Part shown: positions 10,473 to 21,124 of the stretch, in pieces
Layout of the letters: every line of letters starts with the position of its first letter
Numbering within the stretch: the stretch's first letter is position 1
Assembly (NCBI GenBank): GCA_964291655.2
Contig: OZ219802.1
Location: 1,920,001-1,984,000 of the forward strand
From: Chloroflexota bacterium
GTDB taxonomy: Bacteria > Chloroflexota > UBA11872 > VXOZ01
Length of the DNA: 64,000 nt
Direction: 5' to 3'
The notes under the pieces: generated by a model
Told to the model about the DNA's origin: nothing
Seen by the model: only the letters and a program-made list of their open reading frames with translations
Databases searched by the model: none
Position numbers and translations under genes: made by a program

Positions 10473-10970
10473 AATGGAGCGGTTCCGGTCCCCTCTCCTG
10501 GGGGAGAGGGTTAGGGTGAGGGGATCTTCTCACTTACCGGCTTGAGTGGTGCAAAGGTCTCCGGCGGTAGAGGGTTTGGATGAGGAGGAATCCCCGCAAT
10601 CTAAGCCGCTTTGGTGGATTTGGCACACGTACGTAAAGGTATTTCACGTGGAAAGTCCAGGGGGAGCAGGAATCCCCTCACCCCGGCCCTCTCCCCAGGG
10701 GAAAGGGAGCAGAGTACGGATCCGAGTGAACATGGAGCGGCTCCGGTTCCCTCTCCTGGGGGAGAGGGTTAGGGTGAGGGGATCTTCTCACTTACCGGCT
10801 TGATTGGTGCAAAGGTCTTCGGTGGTAGAGGGTTTGGATGAGGAGGAATCCCCGCAATCTGAGCCGCTTTGGTGGATTTGGCACACGTACGTAAAGGTAT
10901 TTCACGTGGAAAGTCCAGGGGAAGCAGGAATCCCCTCACCCCGGCCCTCTCCCCAGGGGAGAGGGAGCAT
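10473..10970. repeat. Tandem duplication with a 258-bp period; each unit is two inverted CCCTCACC-type palindromes around a spacer
   Basis: Near-identical units; ORFs 10546 and 10804 in the track are 258 bp apart with nearly identical translations. Confidence 0.9.
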
Positions 10971-11273
10971 ACGGGATAGTTTTTCGGGTCGTGCAGGGGG
11001 TCTCCCAGGGGAGAGGGAGTCTATATGCCTATCGATTGGGTCGGAAAGAGGGTTCTCCATGGAGTGGGAGTCTCCTCCCCTGTTGTTCGGGTCGTGTAAG
11101 GGTTTCCCCAGGGAGTGGGGGCTTACTTGCGTCACCTGCCGGAGCGATGAATAGGCAACCTCGGGGAGCGTGGATCGCTTTAGTGCTTGGGTCTTTGATG
11201 GATTTACGCTGATCCGGTGCTAGCTGATGAGAGGCTGACAGACTGAATTTCTGAAGTGAGATAGAGCAATACT

Positions 11274-12350
11274 ATGGCGGATTTGATGGATGCGGTGGTG
11301 TGTTACGGGCCGCAAGATTATCGGGTGGAGCAGGCGCCGATGCCGGTTATGACGGATGCGGCCATGATTCTGCGCACGGCTGCGAGCGGCATTTGCGCCA
11401 GCGACATCAAGTGCTACGATGGCGCGGGGCACTTCTGGGGCAGCGAGACCCGCCGCCCTTACGTGATTACGCCGGTGGTGCCCGGGCATGAGTTTAGCGG
11501 GTACGTGGAGGCCGTTGATCCGGCGGTGGCTGAGCAACACGGCTTGCAAGCAGGCGACCTGGTCGTGGTGGAGCAGATCGTGCCCTGTTGGCAGTGCCGT
11601 TTCTGCACACGCGGCCACTACTGGATGTGCCAGGTCAATTATATTTTCGGATTCAAGGGCGGTATCTGTGATGGCGGCATGGCCACGCACGTACGCGTGC
11701 CGCGCAATGCCATCGTCCACAAGGTGCCGGCAGGACTGACGGCGGAACAGGCCGCTTACGTTGAACCCCTGGGCTGTGCACTCCACGCGGTGGAACGCGG
11801 TGAGATTGAAGTCGGCGATACCGTGGTAGTTGCCGGACTGGGCAACATCGGCCTCTGCATGCTGCAGGCGGCCCGACTCTACTCACCCGGCAAGCTCATC
11901 GGCATCGACCTGCACCCCCGACGCCGGGCGTTGGCCACCGAGTTTGGCGCCGACGTTGTGTTGGACCCCACCGACCCCGGCGCTATGGAGGCAGTGCTCG
12001 ACCTAACGGACGGCTACGGCTGCGACGTGTACATCGAGGCCACCGGCCACCCTTCCGGCGTGACGCAAGGGCTGGACATGGTGCGCAAGCTCGGCACGTT
12101 CGTGGAGTTCAGCGTGTTTGGGGATGACGTGGTAGCCGATTGGACCATCATCGGCGACCGCAAGGAGCTGAACATCCACGGCGCGCACCTCAGTCCCTAT
12201 ACGTATCCATTGGCTATGGACCTCTTGCTGCAGGAGAAGGTCACCGTGGACCCGCTCATCAGCCATACGTTCCCCATCAGCGCGTTTCCGGATGCCATCG
12301 AGGCAGCGCATAATAATGCCGAGGGCATGAAGGTAATGATTGTACCGTGA
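11274..12350 (+). CDS. Zinc-dependent polyol dehydrogenase (erythritol/L-threitol dehydrogenase-like)
   Basis: GICASD, PGHE, CWQCRFC..C structural Zn, GLGNIG. Confidence 0.92.
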   Translation: MADLMDAVVCYGPQDYRVEQAPMPVMTDAAMILRTAASGICASDIKCYDGAGHFWGSETRRPYVITPVVPGHEFSGYVEAVDPAVAEQHGLQAGDLVVVEQIVPCWQCRFCTRGHYWMCQVNYIFGFKGGICDGGMATHVRVPRNAIVHKVPAGLTAEQAAYVEPLGCALHAVERGEIEVGDTVVVAGLGNIGLCMLQAARLYSPGKLIGIDLHPRRRALATEFGADVVLDPTDPGAMEAVLDLTDGYGCDVYIEATGHPSGVTQGLDMVRKLGTFVEFSVFGDDVVADWTIIGDRKELNIHGAHLSPYTYPLAMDLLLQEKVTVDPLISHTFPISAFPDAIEAAHNNAEGMKVMIVP

Positions 12351-12395
12351 GCGGCAGAGGGGTCTTGCCGCCAGTTCACAGTGTATGAAATCTGA

Positions 12396-12762
12396 GTAGC
12401 GCGGGGGCTTGTCCCCCGCTCTGGGTGGGCGAGATCATGTGCAGGGACTGCAGGAGCTTTCCCCGCCGGTAAGGTGATTTCGGCACCCGGTGAGGTGATT
12501 TCGGCACGAAGATAAGATGGATTCCGGTTTTCACCGGAATGACGGGCCGGTCGGGGCCCTATCCGTGTGGCGCGGGGACTTGCCCCCCGCTCTGGGTAGG
12601 CGAGATCATGTGCAGGGACTGTATGAGCTTTTCCCCGCCGGTAAGGTGATTTCGGCACCCTGTGAGGTGATATCGGCACGAAGATAAGATGGATTCCGGT
12701 TTTCACCGGAATGACGGACCGGTGGGCCCTATCCGTGTAGCGCGGGGGCTTGTCCCCCTGCT
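12396..12762. repeat. BIME-like tandem array (about 171-bp period) alternating GTAG-REP hairpin and RPE-like palindrome
   Basis: GT(A/G)GCGCGGGG(G/A)CTTG(T/-)CCCCC at about 12396, 12567 and 12737, with GGATTCCGGTTTTCACCGGAATGAC at about 12520 and 12691. Confidence 0.88.
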
Positions 12763-12909
12763 CTTGGACGGAGAGTCTAACGGTAGCGTGGGTTTCATTT
12801 CCCGCGCTTGGGCGGGCACGCTAAACTGAGAGTGTCGCAGGCCACATCCAAGCCGCAGAGGATATTCTTTTACATAGACACTTCCTAGGAGATAAGGAGC
12901 AGATATCGT

Positions 12910-13701
12910 ATGAAAATCGCCTGTCAGGAGAACAAGGTACCGGGAGAGACGTTTCAGGAGAAGATCGACAACTTGGAGCGCTTCGGCTTTGCAGGCGTGG
13001 AGTTGATGCATGGCCGGTTGGCGGAACGGCTGTCGGAGGTCAAACAGGCGCTCAGCAACAGCAGTGTGCAGGCCAGCACGATCTGCACCGGCTCGGAGCA
13101 CGACCTCCTGGGTGTGACCAAGGACGACCGCGCCGCGCGCATGGAGCGTTTCCGCGGGTTGCTGGCGCTGGCCGGTGAACTGGGTCTCGTGGGCGTCATC
13201 GCGGTGCCGGTGCGGGGGCGCGATCCAATCTTCCCAGATCTTTCACCCTATCAGTCCGGCGCGGACCTGGAGCGCAATCTCTACGTAGAGTTGCTGCGCG
13301 AGGCGGGTGAGAGCGCCGCGCGGGAGGGTACGAATATCCTCGTGGAGCCGCTCAATCGCTATGAAACCCATCTGGCCAATACGCTTGCCGACGGCGCTGC
13401 CCTCTGTGCGGCGGCGGACCATCCCAACGTCAATATCATGGCCGACTTCTTCCACATGAGCATCGAGGAAGCGGACATCGCGGCCAGCATCCGCGATGCG
13501 GCGCAATACGTCAAACACGTCCATCTCGCCGATAGCAACCGCACCCAACCCGGCACAGGCCACACGGAGTTCAATTCCGGCTTTGCCGCCCTGCAGGAGA
13601 TTGGCTTCGACGGCTTCATGGCGCTGGAGTGCGGCATTACCGGCGATCCGGAAGAGTCCTTGCCGGCCACGGCTGCCTACTTGAAGAGCTGCATGGCGTA
13701 G
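12910..13701 (+). CDS. Sugar phosphate isomerase/epimerase (xylose isomerase-like TIM barrel)
   Basis: VEPLNRYE, ADFFHM, HVHLADSNR, PGTGH, ALEC. Confidence 0.92.
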   Translation: MKIACQENKVPGETFQEKIDNLERFGFAGVELMHGRLAERLSEVKQALSNSSVQASTICTGSEHDLLGVTKDDRAARMERFRGLLALAGELGLVGVIAVPVRGRDPIFPDLSPYQSGADLERNLYVELLREAGESAAREGTNILVEPLNRYETHLANTLADGAALCAAADHPNVNIMADFFHMSIEEADIAASIRDAAQYVKHVHLADSNRTQPGTGHTEFNSGFAALQEIGFDGFMALECGITGDPEESLPATAAYLKSCMA

Positions 13702-13881
13702 CGCAACGAGTCCTCGCTTCCCGCTGGGGGCACGTGCAGAGCGACCCCATAACTGTCCGGGGGTCGCTCACGTCAACTCTTGCTCCTGTATGAGGAGTTA
13801 CGCAGATATTTCCAGCGGGTGAGGAGTCTCAATTCGTGAAGCAGAGTGTAACGCGCCCTGCCGGCAAACTAATGGCCCCGC

Positions 13882-15048
13882 TTACCGCGGCATGGCGGCC
13901 ATGATGGCGATGGCGCGTTCAATTTCTTCTTCGCTGTTCATGAAAGCTGTGCACAGGCGCACGCCCTGCATGTCGTCGTGCATCAGCGCGCGGCACCAGA
14001 CCTCATTTTCATGCAGATAGGCGGCGAGGTCAGCGCCTGTAACCCCATCCACGCCGTACGCCACGATGCCTGTGTGCGCATCCGGGTGCTCGGGATCATA
14101 GCAGACTACTTTCGGGTGCTTGAGGAGTTCGCCGCGCAGCCAGCGCGAGAGGTGCTTGCTGCGCCCTTCGATAGCTTCTATCCCGTGTCCTTCTAAGTAC
14201 TCCACGGCGACGCCCAGCCCCGCCATGGTGGGAAAGTTCACCGAACCCCATTCCAACCGTCCTGGATAGGGTTGCCAGTCAACCGCGCCGGTCTCGAAAT
14301 CTATGTGCTTGGCCACGTGGCTGCCGGACCACGAAATCTGCAGCACGTCGCGCATGCGTTCGGCCACGTAGAAGCAGCCGGTCCCATAGGGACCGAGCAT
14401 CCATTTGTAGCCGAGCACCGCGTAGAAGTCAGGATCGATTGCGGCAATATCCACGTCGAGCTGGCCGACAGCCTGCCCGCCGTCAAGGTAGACGAACGCG
14501 CCGCGCTCGCGGGCCAGGCGGCACATCTCAGCCACGGGCAGTTCCGTGCCGCGGTCCTGCGTCACGTGGCTCAACGCCACGAGCTTGGTGCGCGGGGAGA
14601 GCAACGCCGTGAAATTGGCGAGATTCTCTTCCGGTGTCGCGCCCACCGGCATGTGGTGGATCACCGCGCCGTACCGTTTGCGGCCGATGTTATAGAGCGG
14701 CAGCCAAAGGGCGTCGTCCTCCTCATTGCTCGTAATGATCTCGTCACCCGGTAGCAGCGGCAGCCCGGAAACCACCATGCTAATGCTGTTGGAGACGTTG
14801 TTCACCATCGAGATGGTATCGTCAGGCACGTGAAATAACCGCGCCAGCGCCTCCCGGGTGCGTTGCTTGTGCAGAAAGCGCTCATCGCGGCGGCTCTGGA
14901 ACCACGGGCCCTGCTCAAAAAAGAACTGCCAGCGGTCGGTCACTTCATCCAGCACCGGACGGGCGTTCATCCCAATGCCGGCCGTGTGCAGGTAGATGCC
15001 GTGCTGCAGCGCCGGAAAGTCCTCTCGAATGCGCGGAATGTCCAACAT
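13882..15048 (-). CDS. Class V PLP aminotransferase-fold enzyme (cysteine desulfurase/lyase-like)
   Basis: IREDFPAL, LSHV, DGGQAVG, GYKWMLGPYGTG. Confidence 0.9.
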   Translation of the reverse strand: MLDIPRIREDFPALQHGIYLHTAGIGMNARPVLDEVTDRWQFFFEQGPWFQSRRDERFLHKQRTREALARLFHVPDDTISMVNNVSNSISMVVSGLPLLPGDEIITSNEEDDALWLPLYNIGRKRYGAVIHHMPVGATPEENLANFTALLSPRTKLVALSHVTQDRGTELPVAEMCRLARERGAFVYLDGGQAVGQLDVDIAAIDPDFYAVLGYKWMLGPYGTGCFYVAERMRDVLQISWSGSHVAKHIDFETGAVDWQPYPGRLEWGSVNFPTMAGLGVAVEYLEGHGIEAIEGRSKHLSRWLRGELLKHPKVVCYDPEHPDAHTGIVAYGVDGVTGADLAAYLHENEVWCRALMHDDMQGVRLCTAFMNSEEEIERAIAIMAAMPR

Positions 15049-15087
15049 GCCTGATCCTCTTCTGGTTGTTTACCGCCTAAGCGCTTG

Positions 15088-15187
15088 GATTCGGTTCATC
15101 GGACCTAGAGTCCGCATGTTCGGACACCAGTCCGCGCAATCGGACTTTAGTCCGCATATTCGGACTCTCGTCCGCGTGCTCGTGCAC
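15088..15187. repeat. Array of 4-5 mini-palindromes with 20-bp period (GTCCG-N6-CGGAC-type)
   Basis: gagtccgcatgttcggacac / cagtccgcgcaatcggactt / tagtccgcatattcggactc / tcgtccgcgtgctcgtgcac, plus a degenerate unit at 15088. Confidence 0.8.
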
Positions 15188-15318
15188 CGGGAAGCGCAGC
15201 CTCGTTAACAGGCCGTAGCGCGGGGGTTTACCCCCCGCTTCCCCGCTCGGCGTCAATAGCAAGCATTAGCTTAGGCAAGCGCTTACTACTGCTACCGCAC
15301 CGCCTCGCCGCTCAGCGG

Positions 15319-15663
15319 CTAGCCCGACCCGCCAGGCCGGTCGTACGCTGTGCTTTCGGCCGCGAACTTCGTCTTGCCGAGCGCAGCTTGCATTTCATCT
15401 ACGGTAAGCAGCGGTGTAGTCTTAACTGTCTTGACGTGACCCGGCGAAATGGCGGCAATCACTGCGGCCGCGGCGGTCATGCCGTCCGGGGCCTCGAAGA
15501 TCACGACCCCATCGTAGTCGCCAAAGGCATACCACACGCCGATCAGACGGCCGCCGAGGCTCTCCAGCAGCGGCTCGATGGCGTCCCTCCGGTCCTCCGG
15601 ACTATTGGCCAATTGCTTCCAGGTCTCAATGTCATAGGAAAACTGTGACATGAACGTAGGCAT
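15319..15663 (-). CDS. GYD domain protein
   Basis: LGGRLIGVWYAFGDYDGVVIFEAPD...TTPLLT. Confidence 0.88.
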   Translation of the reverse strand: MPTFMSQFSYDIETWKQLANSPEDRRDAIEPLLESLGGRLIGVWYAFGDYDGVVIFEAPDGMTAAAAVIAAISPGHVKTVKTTPLLTVDEMQAALGKTKFAAESTAYDRPGGSG

Positions 15664-16001
15664 TGCGCATCAATCCTTTCTGTTGTGCACTATCCGCGCT
15701 CATCGCCCTTGAGAGCACGCGGTCTAATGCTTTTCCCAGTGCAGGCCACGCTGGAACATAGACTTGGCATTTGCCCAAATCCGCTGTCCGCGGACTACAG
15801 ACCCTCAACCAGCCAAGATTCGCCAGCCTGCCCTGCAAACCATTCGTCTCTAGTATATCCCGTCGGCTCCGTTCTGACCGCCTGCAGCAGCCAGAGAATT
15901 GCCCCACACTTTCATCGTTCCAGCGGGATGCCCGTCGTTCCTCTGCATTGTCATTCATTCCCTCAAGTTGTCCGTCACTTGACTCTCAACACAGATACTC
16001 A

Positions 16002-16254
16002 TGTAAGTGCTGAGTAATTCGTTGACAGAATTCGCTTTCCCGTAGAAAGCGTTACAAGGCCTTGTCATTCCGAGCGTAGCGAGGAATCTAGAGTGCTGAG
16101 GCCGTGAAAGTGTGTTGAGCAGGGACCCTAGATTCCGCGCTAAGAGCGACACTCCGCTACGCTCCGTTCGGAATGACATGTATGTAGGCAAGCACAGAGC
16201 TCTGCTCCCATGTTTCTTATCCCAAATCTGTCAACGAATTACCTGACACTTCCA
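16002..16254. mobile_element. MITE family B (TGTAAGTG...CACTT(A/C)CA ends) carrying two GTCATTCCGAGCG-type palindromes
   Basis: TIRs TGTAAGTGCTGAGTAATTCGTTGACAGA / TCTGTCAACGAATTACCTGACACTTCCA; right flank ATTCC. Confidence 0.8.
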
Positions 16255-16299
16255 ATTCCTGTTGTCAGAACTGCTCGTAGCACATGCGGCGGTTCGCGC

Positions 16300-17427
16300 T
16301 TAGGACAGCCGCCGCACCGCCCGCGCAAGCGCATTCGCATTGCGGCGGTGGAAGTCTTGTTCGCGGGCGCTGATGCCGGTAATCATGAGACGCGGCATCA
16401 GGGACTCCGCCACGGGGCACCAACCCCGCCGATATGGCAGCGGCTGCGACTGTGGATCGCGGTTCACGCCGTACGCGCCGCCCAAACTGAAGACGGGATG
16501 CAGGTACGCCGGCACGCCCACGTAGCCGAAGCTGAACGCGGCTTCCTCCGCTGCACACGCCTCCTTGAATGCCTCCAACGAGAGTCCGTCCGCATGCGGC
16601 GCAAAGGCTGCCACCCAAAGATGGTAGGAGTGGACGCTGTCTGGGCTGGCTGCTTGGGGCTTAAGCCACGTGCAGCCTTCTGCTGCCTCCGCATAGAGCT
16701 GGGCGCTGGCGCGATCTTCCGCCACGTAGTCACGCGCGCGGCGCAACTGCACCCGTGCCACGGCGGCGGTCATTTCGGTCATGCGGAAATTGTGCGCCAG
16801 CCGCGTCGGCGCCGCGCCAAACGTCACGATGGCGCGCACCTGCTCGGCAAGATACGCATCATTCGTGACCGCGATACCGCCGTCGCCGGTGCTCAGGTGC
16901 TTCGACGACTGGAAGCTGAAGACGCCCACAGAGCCGAGCGTCCCCGCATTGCGCCCCTGAAACTCGCCGAACAGCACGTGGGCGCAGTCTTCGATCACGG
17001 GCAGCTTGTGGGCATCCGCCACTGCCAAAATTCCCGTCATATCCGCCGGTTCGCCCCAGTGATGGGTAACGATGATAGCCTTGGTGCGCGGTGTGATGCG
17101 CTCTGCCAGCGAGGCGGGGTCCATGTTGTGGGTGGACTCGTCAACGTCCGCGTACACGGGCATGGCCCCCGTGTAGAGCACCGCCAGACCGCCAAAGAGC
17201 ACCAGCGGGTCGCACACCACCTCATCACCCGCGCCGACACCCACCGCCCAGAGCGCCGCATGCAGCCCGCCCATGGCGGAATTGCAGGAAATCGCATGGT
17301 TCGCCCCCAGCGCCGCCGCAAACTCCTCTTCCAGCGCCGCCGCTTCCGGTCCGGCGCTGAGCACCCCGGATTCCAGCACCCGCGTCACCGCCGCGATGTC
17401 CTCCGCGTCGAAAACTTTCTTGCTCAT
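16300..17427 (-). CDS. DegT/DnrJ/EryC1/StrS family aminotransferase
   Basis: IEDCAH, FSFQSSKHLSTGDGG, NFRMTE. Confidence 0.93.
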   Translation of the reverse strand: MSKKVFDAEDIAAVTRVLESGVLSAGPEAAALEEEFAAALGANHAISCNSAMGGLHAALWAVGVGAGDEVVCDPLVLFGGLAVLYTGAMPVYADVDESTHNMDPASLAERITPRTKAIIVTHHWGEPADMTGILAVADAHKLPVIEDCAHVLFGEFQGRNAGTLGSVGVFSFQSSKHLSTGDGGIAVTNDAYLAEQVRAIVTFGAAPTRLAHNFRMTEMTAAVARVQLRRARDYVAEDRASAQLYAEAAEGCTWLKPQAASPDSVHSYHLWVAAFAPHADGLSLEAFKEACAAEEAAFSFGYVGVPAYLHPVFSLGGAYGVNRDPQSQPLPYRRGWCPVAESLMPRLMITGISAREQDFHRRNANALARAVRRLS

Positions 17428-18126
17428 TGTGCTTGCCCTCTCACGTGCCTATCGCGCAAACCGTCGTATTGGTCTCTTGATGATACTGTATTGAGCGCAG
17501 TTAGTTGCTTGCCCCGCCGCCTGTGGCATCGTCTGCTCTTCAACGTCCCATGCCTCCATGTCCGGCAATACGTAAGGGCACGACATGTCGTGCCTCTACC
17601 ACCTGGATTTCCCAAACAAAGCCCAAAGTGGCAGCAAGATCAAAGGCCGGTCCCAGCTCTCGTCACATTGCAGTTACTTCCCCAACATCATCGAGAATTA
17701 CGGAGTAGGGCGGCGCACCTGAAGGGAAGAGCGCGGTGCTAGGCCTTAGTCACTCCGGCTTTCGCCGGAGTCCAGGAACCAGGAGGAGAAGACTGTTACG
17801 ACGACCTGAAACCCCGCATCAACCAAGTGACATTTCTCGGAAGTCTCACTCTGTTGGCGCAACTGAGCTTGTTGACGAATTCTCTCCTAGACCAAGTCAA
17901 ATTCCAATGAGAATCCTTTGTGCCATGCTCTGGCACGTATCGCTCCCGGCCGTCTGGATTCCGGCTTTCGCCGGAATGACGACTTTGGAGCTTGGACTGC
18001 AGGAAGGTCTCTTGGTGAGCGGGAGTCATCCGGGAGACTGGGAGAGTGTCTCCCCTTGCCGGTCAGTCGGATGACTAGAAAACCCACCAAAGCGGGCATG
18101 CGCGCAAATGTCGCAGCTTCTTCGCC

Positions 18127-20118
18127 TTACTCGACGATTACCGCTTCCTGCTGGCCGGCGCGGATCTCGCGGATTTGGTCGCGGAGGAGCGCGGCGCGCT
18201 CGAAGTCCAGGTCTTTCGCCGCTTTGCGCATCTGCTTTTCAAGCTCCTTGATGAGCTTGGCCGACTCCTTGGCCGAGAGCGGTTTGTGCTCCGCCTGATA
18301 GCTCGATTCCTCTTCCGCCACGGCGCGAATGGTATCGGTAATGTCGCGGATCGCCTTGTGCACGCTCTCCGGCTGGATGCCGTGCTGATCGTTGAAGGCG
18401 ACCTGCTTTTCGCGGCGGCGGTAGGTCTCGTCGATGGCCCGGCGCATAGAATCGGTGACGTTGTCGGCATAGAGGACCACGTGGCCGTGGACATGCCGCG
18501 CGGCGCGCCCGATAGTCTGCACCAGCGAAGTCTCGCTGCGCAGGTAGCCTTCTTTATCCGCATCGAGAATCGCCACCAGCGACACTTCCGGCAGGTCCAG
18601 ACCCTCCCGCAGCAGGTTGATGCCCACCACCACGTCGTAGACCCCCAAGCGGAGGTCGCGCAGAATCTCAACGCGTTCGAGAGTGTCGATTTCCGAGTGG
18701 AGGTAGTGCACCTTGATGCCGATCTCGTTCAGGTATTCGGCGAGTTGCTCGGCCATGCGCTTGGTGAGGGTCGTAACTAATACGCGCTCGTGCTGCTCCA
18801 CCCGCTGACGGATTTGGCTGACGAGATGGTCTATCTGTCCGGCGGTGGGCTGGATCTCGATGGATGGGTCTACGAGGCCGGTCGGTCGAATGATCTGCTC
18901 CACCACCTGGCTGCTGCGTTCGCGCTCATACATGCTGGGCGTCGCGGACACGAAGACTACCTGGTTGAGCCGCTGCTCCAGCTCCTGGAACATGAGCGGC
19001 CGGTTGTCAAGCGCGCTGGGCAAACGGAAGCCGTAGTCCACCAGCACCTGCTTGCGGGAGCGGTCCCCGGCGTACATGCCGCGCAACTGCGGCACAGCCA
19101 CGTGGGACTCGTCGATGAACATCAGGAAGTCTTTGGGGAAATAGTCCAGCAGCGTCCACGAGGGATCCCCGGCGCTGCGGCCGTCCAGATGGCGGCTGTA
19201 GTTCTCAATGCCCTTGCAATGGCCGGTCTCGCGCAACATCTCCAGGTCAAAGTGGGTGCGTTGGAGCAGGCGCTGCGTCTCCAGGAGCTTGCCTTCGCGT
19301 TCGAGCTCGGCAATGCGTTCGTCGAGTTCCACCTCGATGTTCTTGACGGCGGATTCGATGCGCTCCACCGGTGTCACGAAGTGGCTCGCCGGATAGATGT
19401 TGATGGCCTGCCGCTGGTCGAGGATTTCGCCCGTGAGGGGATCGATCTCGATGATGCGGTCCACCTCGTCGCCAAAGAAGTCTATGCGTATCGCCGTGTC
19501 GCCATAGGCGGGAAAGATGTCGAGCACGTCGCCCTTCACGCGGTACGTGCCGCGCTTGAAGTCCACGTTATTGCGCTCGTACTGGATGTCGTTCAAGCGC
19601 CGTAACACGTTCTGGCGGCGGTATTGTTCACCCACGTTCAGCGGGACTACCACCTGCCCATAGTCGTGGGGCGAGCCCATGCCGTAGATGCAGGACACGC
19701 TGGCGACGATAATGACGTCCGGCCGTTCCAGCAAAGACCGCGTGGCCGAGAGCCGGAGTTTTTCTACCTCTTCGTTTACGTCGGAATCTTTCTCGATATA
19801 GGTATCCGTGCGGGGAAGGTACGCCTCAGGTTGGTAGTAATCGTAGTAGGAGACGAAGTATTCGACCGCGTTCTCCGGAAAGAAATCGCGAAACTCCGAG
19901 AAGAGTTGGGCGGCCAGAGTCTTATTGGGCGCTAGTACCAAGGCGGGTCTCTGAATGGCTTGAATGACCTGCGCCATGGTAAGGGTCTTGCCGGAACCGG
20001 TGACGCCAAGGAGGGTTTGAAAGGGATATTCAGCATGGCAACCACTGACCAGTTGGTCGATGGCTTCCGGCTGATCGCCGCGCGGCTCAAGCTCTGTGAC
20101 CAATTGAAACGGAGGCAC
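18127..20118 (-). CDS. uvrB: Excinuclease ABC subunit B
   Basis: [37 protein letters not shown]-terminal UVR domain [11 protein letters not shown]. Confidence 0.99.
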   Translation of the reverse strand: MPPFQLVTELEPRGDQPEAIDQLVSGCHAEYPFQTLLGVTGSGKTLTMAQVIQAIQRPALVLAPNKTLAAQLFSEFRDFFPENAVEYFVSYYDYYQPEAYLPRTDTYIEKDSDVNEEVEKLRLSATRSLLERPDVIIVASVSCIYGMGSPHDYGQVVVPLNVGEQYRRQNVLRRLNDIQYERNNVDFKRGTYRVKGDVLDIFPAYGDTAIRIDFFGDEVDRIIEIDPLTGEILDQRQAINIYPASHFVTPVERIESAVKNIEVELDERIAELEREGKLLETQRLLQRTHFDLEMLRETGHCKGIENYSRHLDGRSAGDPSWTLLDYFPKDFLMFIDESHVAVPQLRGMYAGDRSRKQVLVDYGFRLPSALDNRPLMFQELEQRLNQVVFVSATPSMYERERSSQVVEQIIRPTGLVDPSIEIQPTAGQIDHLVSQIRQRVEQHERVLVTTLTKRMAEQLAEYLNEIGIKVHYLHSEIDTLERVEILRDLRLGVYDVVVGINLLREGLDLPEVSLVAILDADKEGYLRSETSLVQTIGRAARHVHGHVVLYADNVTDSMRRAIDETYRRREKQVAFNDQHGIQPESVHKAIRDITDTIRAVAEEESSYQAEHKPLSAKESAKLIKELEKQMRKAAKDLDFERAALLRDQIREIRAGQQEAVIVE

Positions 20119-20257
20119 GGACTCTCTCCCAAAGCAGCGTGTGAATGACGACTGAGGTAAAGCGCAGAGCGCGCTTGGGGCGACTGGCAGTTGTGCCCAC
20201 TACTCCGTGTATGATACCATAGCATTCGATTCCTCAGAGAAGAGAGGCGGTAGATTC

Positions 20258-20464
20258 GTGCCTAAGATGAAGACGCACAAAAGTACGCGCAAGCGGTTCA
20301 AGGTCAGCGGCACTGGCAAGCTGATGCGGCCGAAAGGGAGCATGAACCACCTGCGCCGCAAGAAGAAGCCGCGTACGCTGCGCATGACGACGCAGTATTT
20401 CGAAGCGCCCGATGGCGAGACAAAGCGCGTCAAGCAACTCCTTCCCGGAGCCGGCATTAAGTAA
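20258..20464 (+). CDS. rpmI: 50S ribosomal protein L35
   Basis: GTG start after GAGG; PKMKTHKSTRKRFKVSGTGK. Confidence 0.96.
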   Translation: MPKMKTHKSTRKRFKVSGTGKLMRPKGSMNHLRRKKKPRTLRMTTQYFEAPDGETKRVKQLLPGAGIK

Positions 20465-20747
20465 GTGCCAGTAGCCGCCGTTCGTCCTGAGCCTGCCTGC
20501 CCTGAGCCGGTCGAAGGGTCGAAGGATGAAAAGGCGGGAGAATACACCTGAAGCGAGACGCAAAGCAACGAATGAGAGTAGCGCGGGGGCTTGTCCCCCG
20601 CCGTTCACGCTAAACCCCACCAAGGGCAAGTAGTCCAATTTGGCTGCTTTGCTGAGTCAGAGCGACGGTAGCACAGGATATTGATGTATGGCGCACTAAG
20701 TCGATTACACCAATCCAGCGCTCCTCTGGTTCCCTCTCCCTGGGGAG

Positions 20748-21035
20748 TGTACAGACCGGGGACATAGGTAACAGTTGTTCGGGGACATGGGTTACACATT
20801 TTACTGATTGACACCTACGAGAGCATTGGGTTGGTCCGGGTTTGATAAGAGACTGGCGACACAGTGCACTCACTTTCAGCCTGTCAGCTTGTGCCAGAGA
20901 AACAAACTGTGTGCATAAGGATATTGAGCGGATCTAACTTTCAAGGCAAGGACATCGCATACTACGAAAATCCCCTCGTTCTATGGTGTAACCTATGTGC
21001 CCGAACATGTGTAACCCATGTACCCGGTCTATACA
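20748..21035 (+). mobile_element. MITE family A, 288 bp, between rpmI and rplT
   Basis: TGTACAGACCGGGGACATAGGTAACA...TGTAACCCATGTACCCGGTCTATACA with 5-bp duplication GGGAG; reads identical to 30464-30751. Confidence 0.93.
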
Positions 21036-21124
21036 GGGAGAGGGCTAGGGTGAGGGGGACCCCTCAAGTCGACTAGGTTGAACCAGTAAAAGAAACATAG
21101 CAAACACCAAAGAGTAGAGAGACT

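Noticed and set aside
9572-11212. Short ORFs with PLTPALSP / VIPAKAGI / FRTERSGV peptides
   Set aside because: They are translations of non-coding palindromes and MITEs, not genes.
10473-12762. CRISPR-like arrays in the tandem repeats
   Set aside because: The spacers are near-identical duplicates and the periods (258 and 171 bp) are far too long.
16210-17742. Long antisense ORFs (for example 510 aa here, 407 aa at 24515, 367 aa at 59642, 319 aa at 55612)
   Set aside because: They are shadows of well-supported genes on the opposite strand in GC-rich DNA, with no motifs or RBS.
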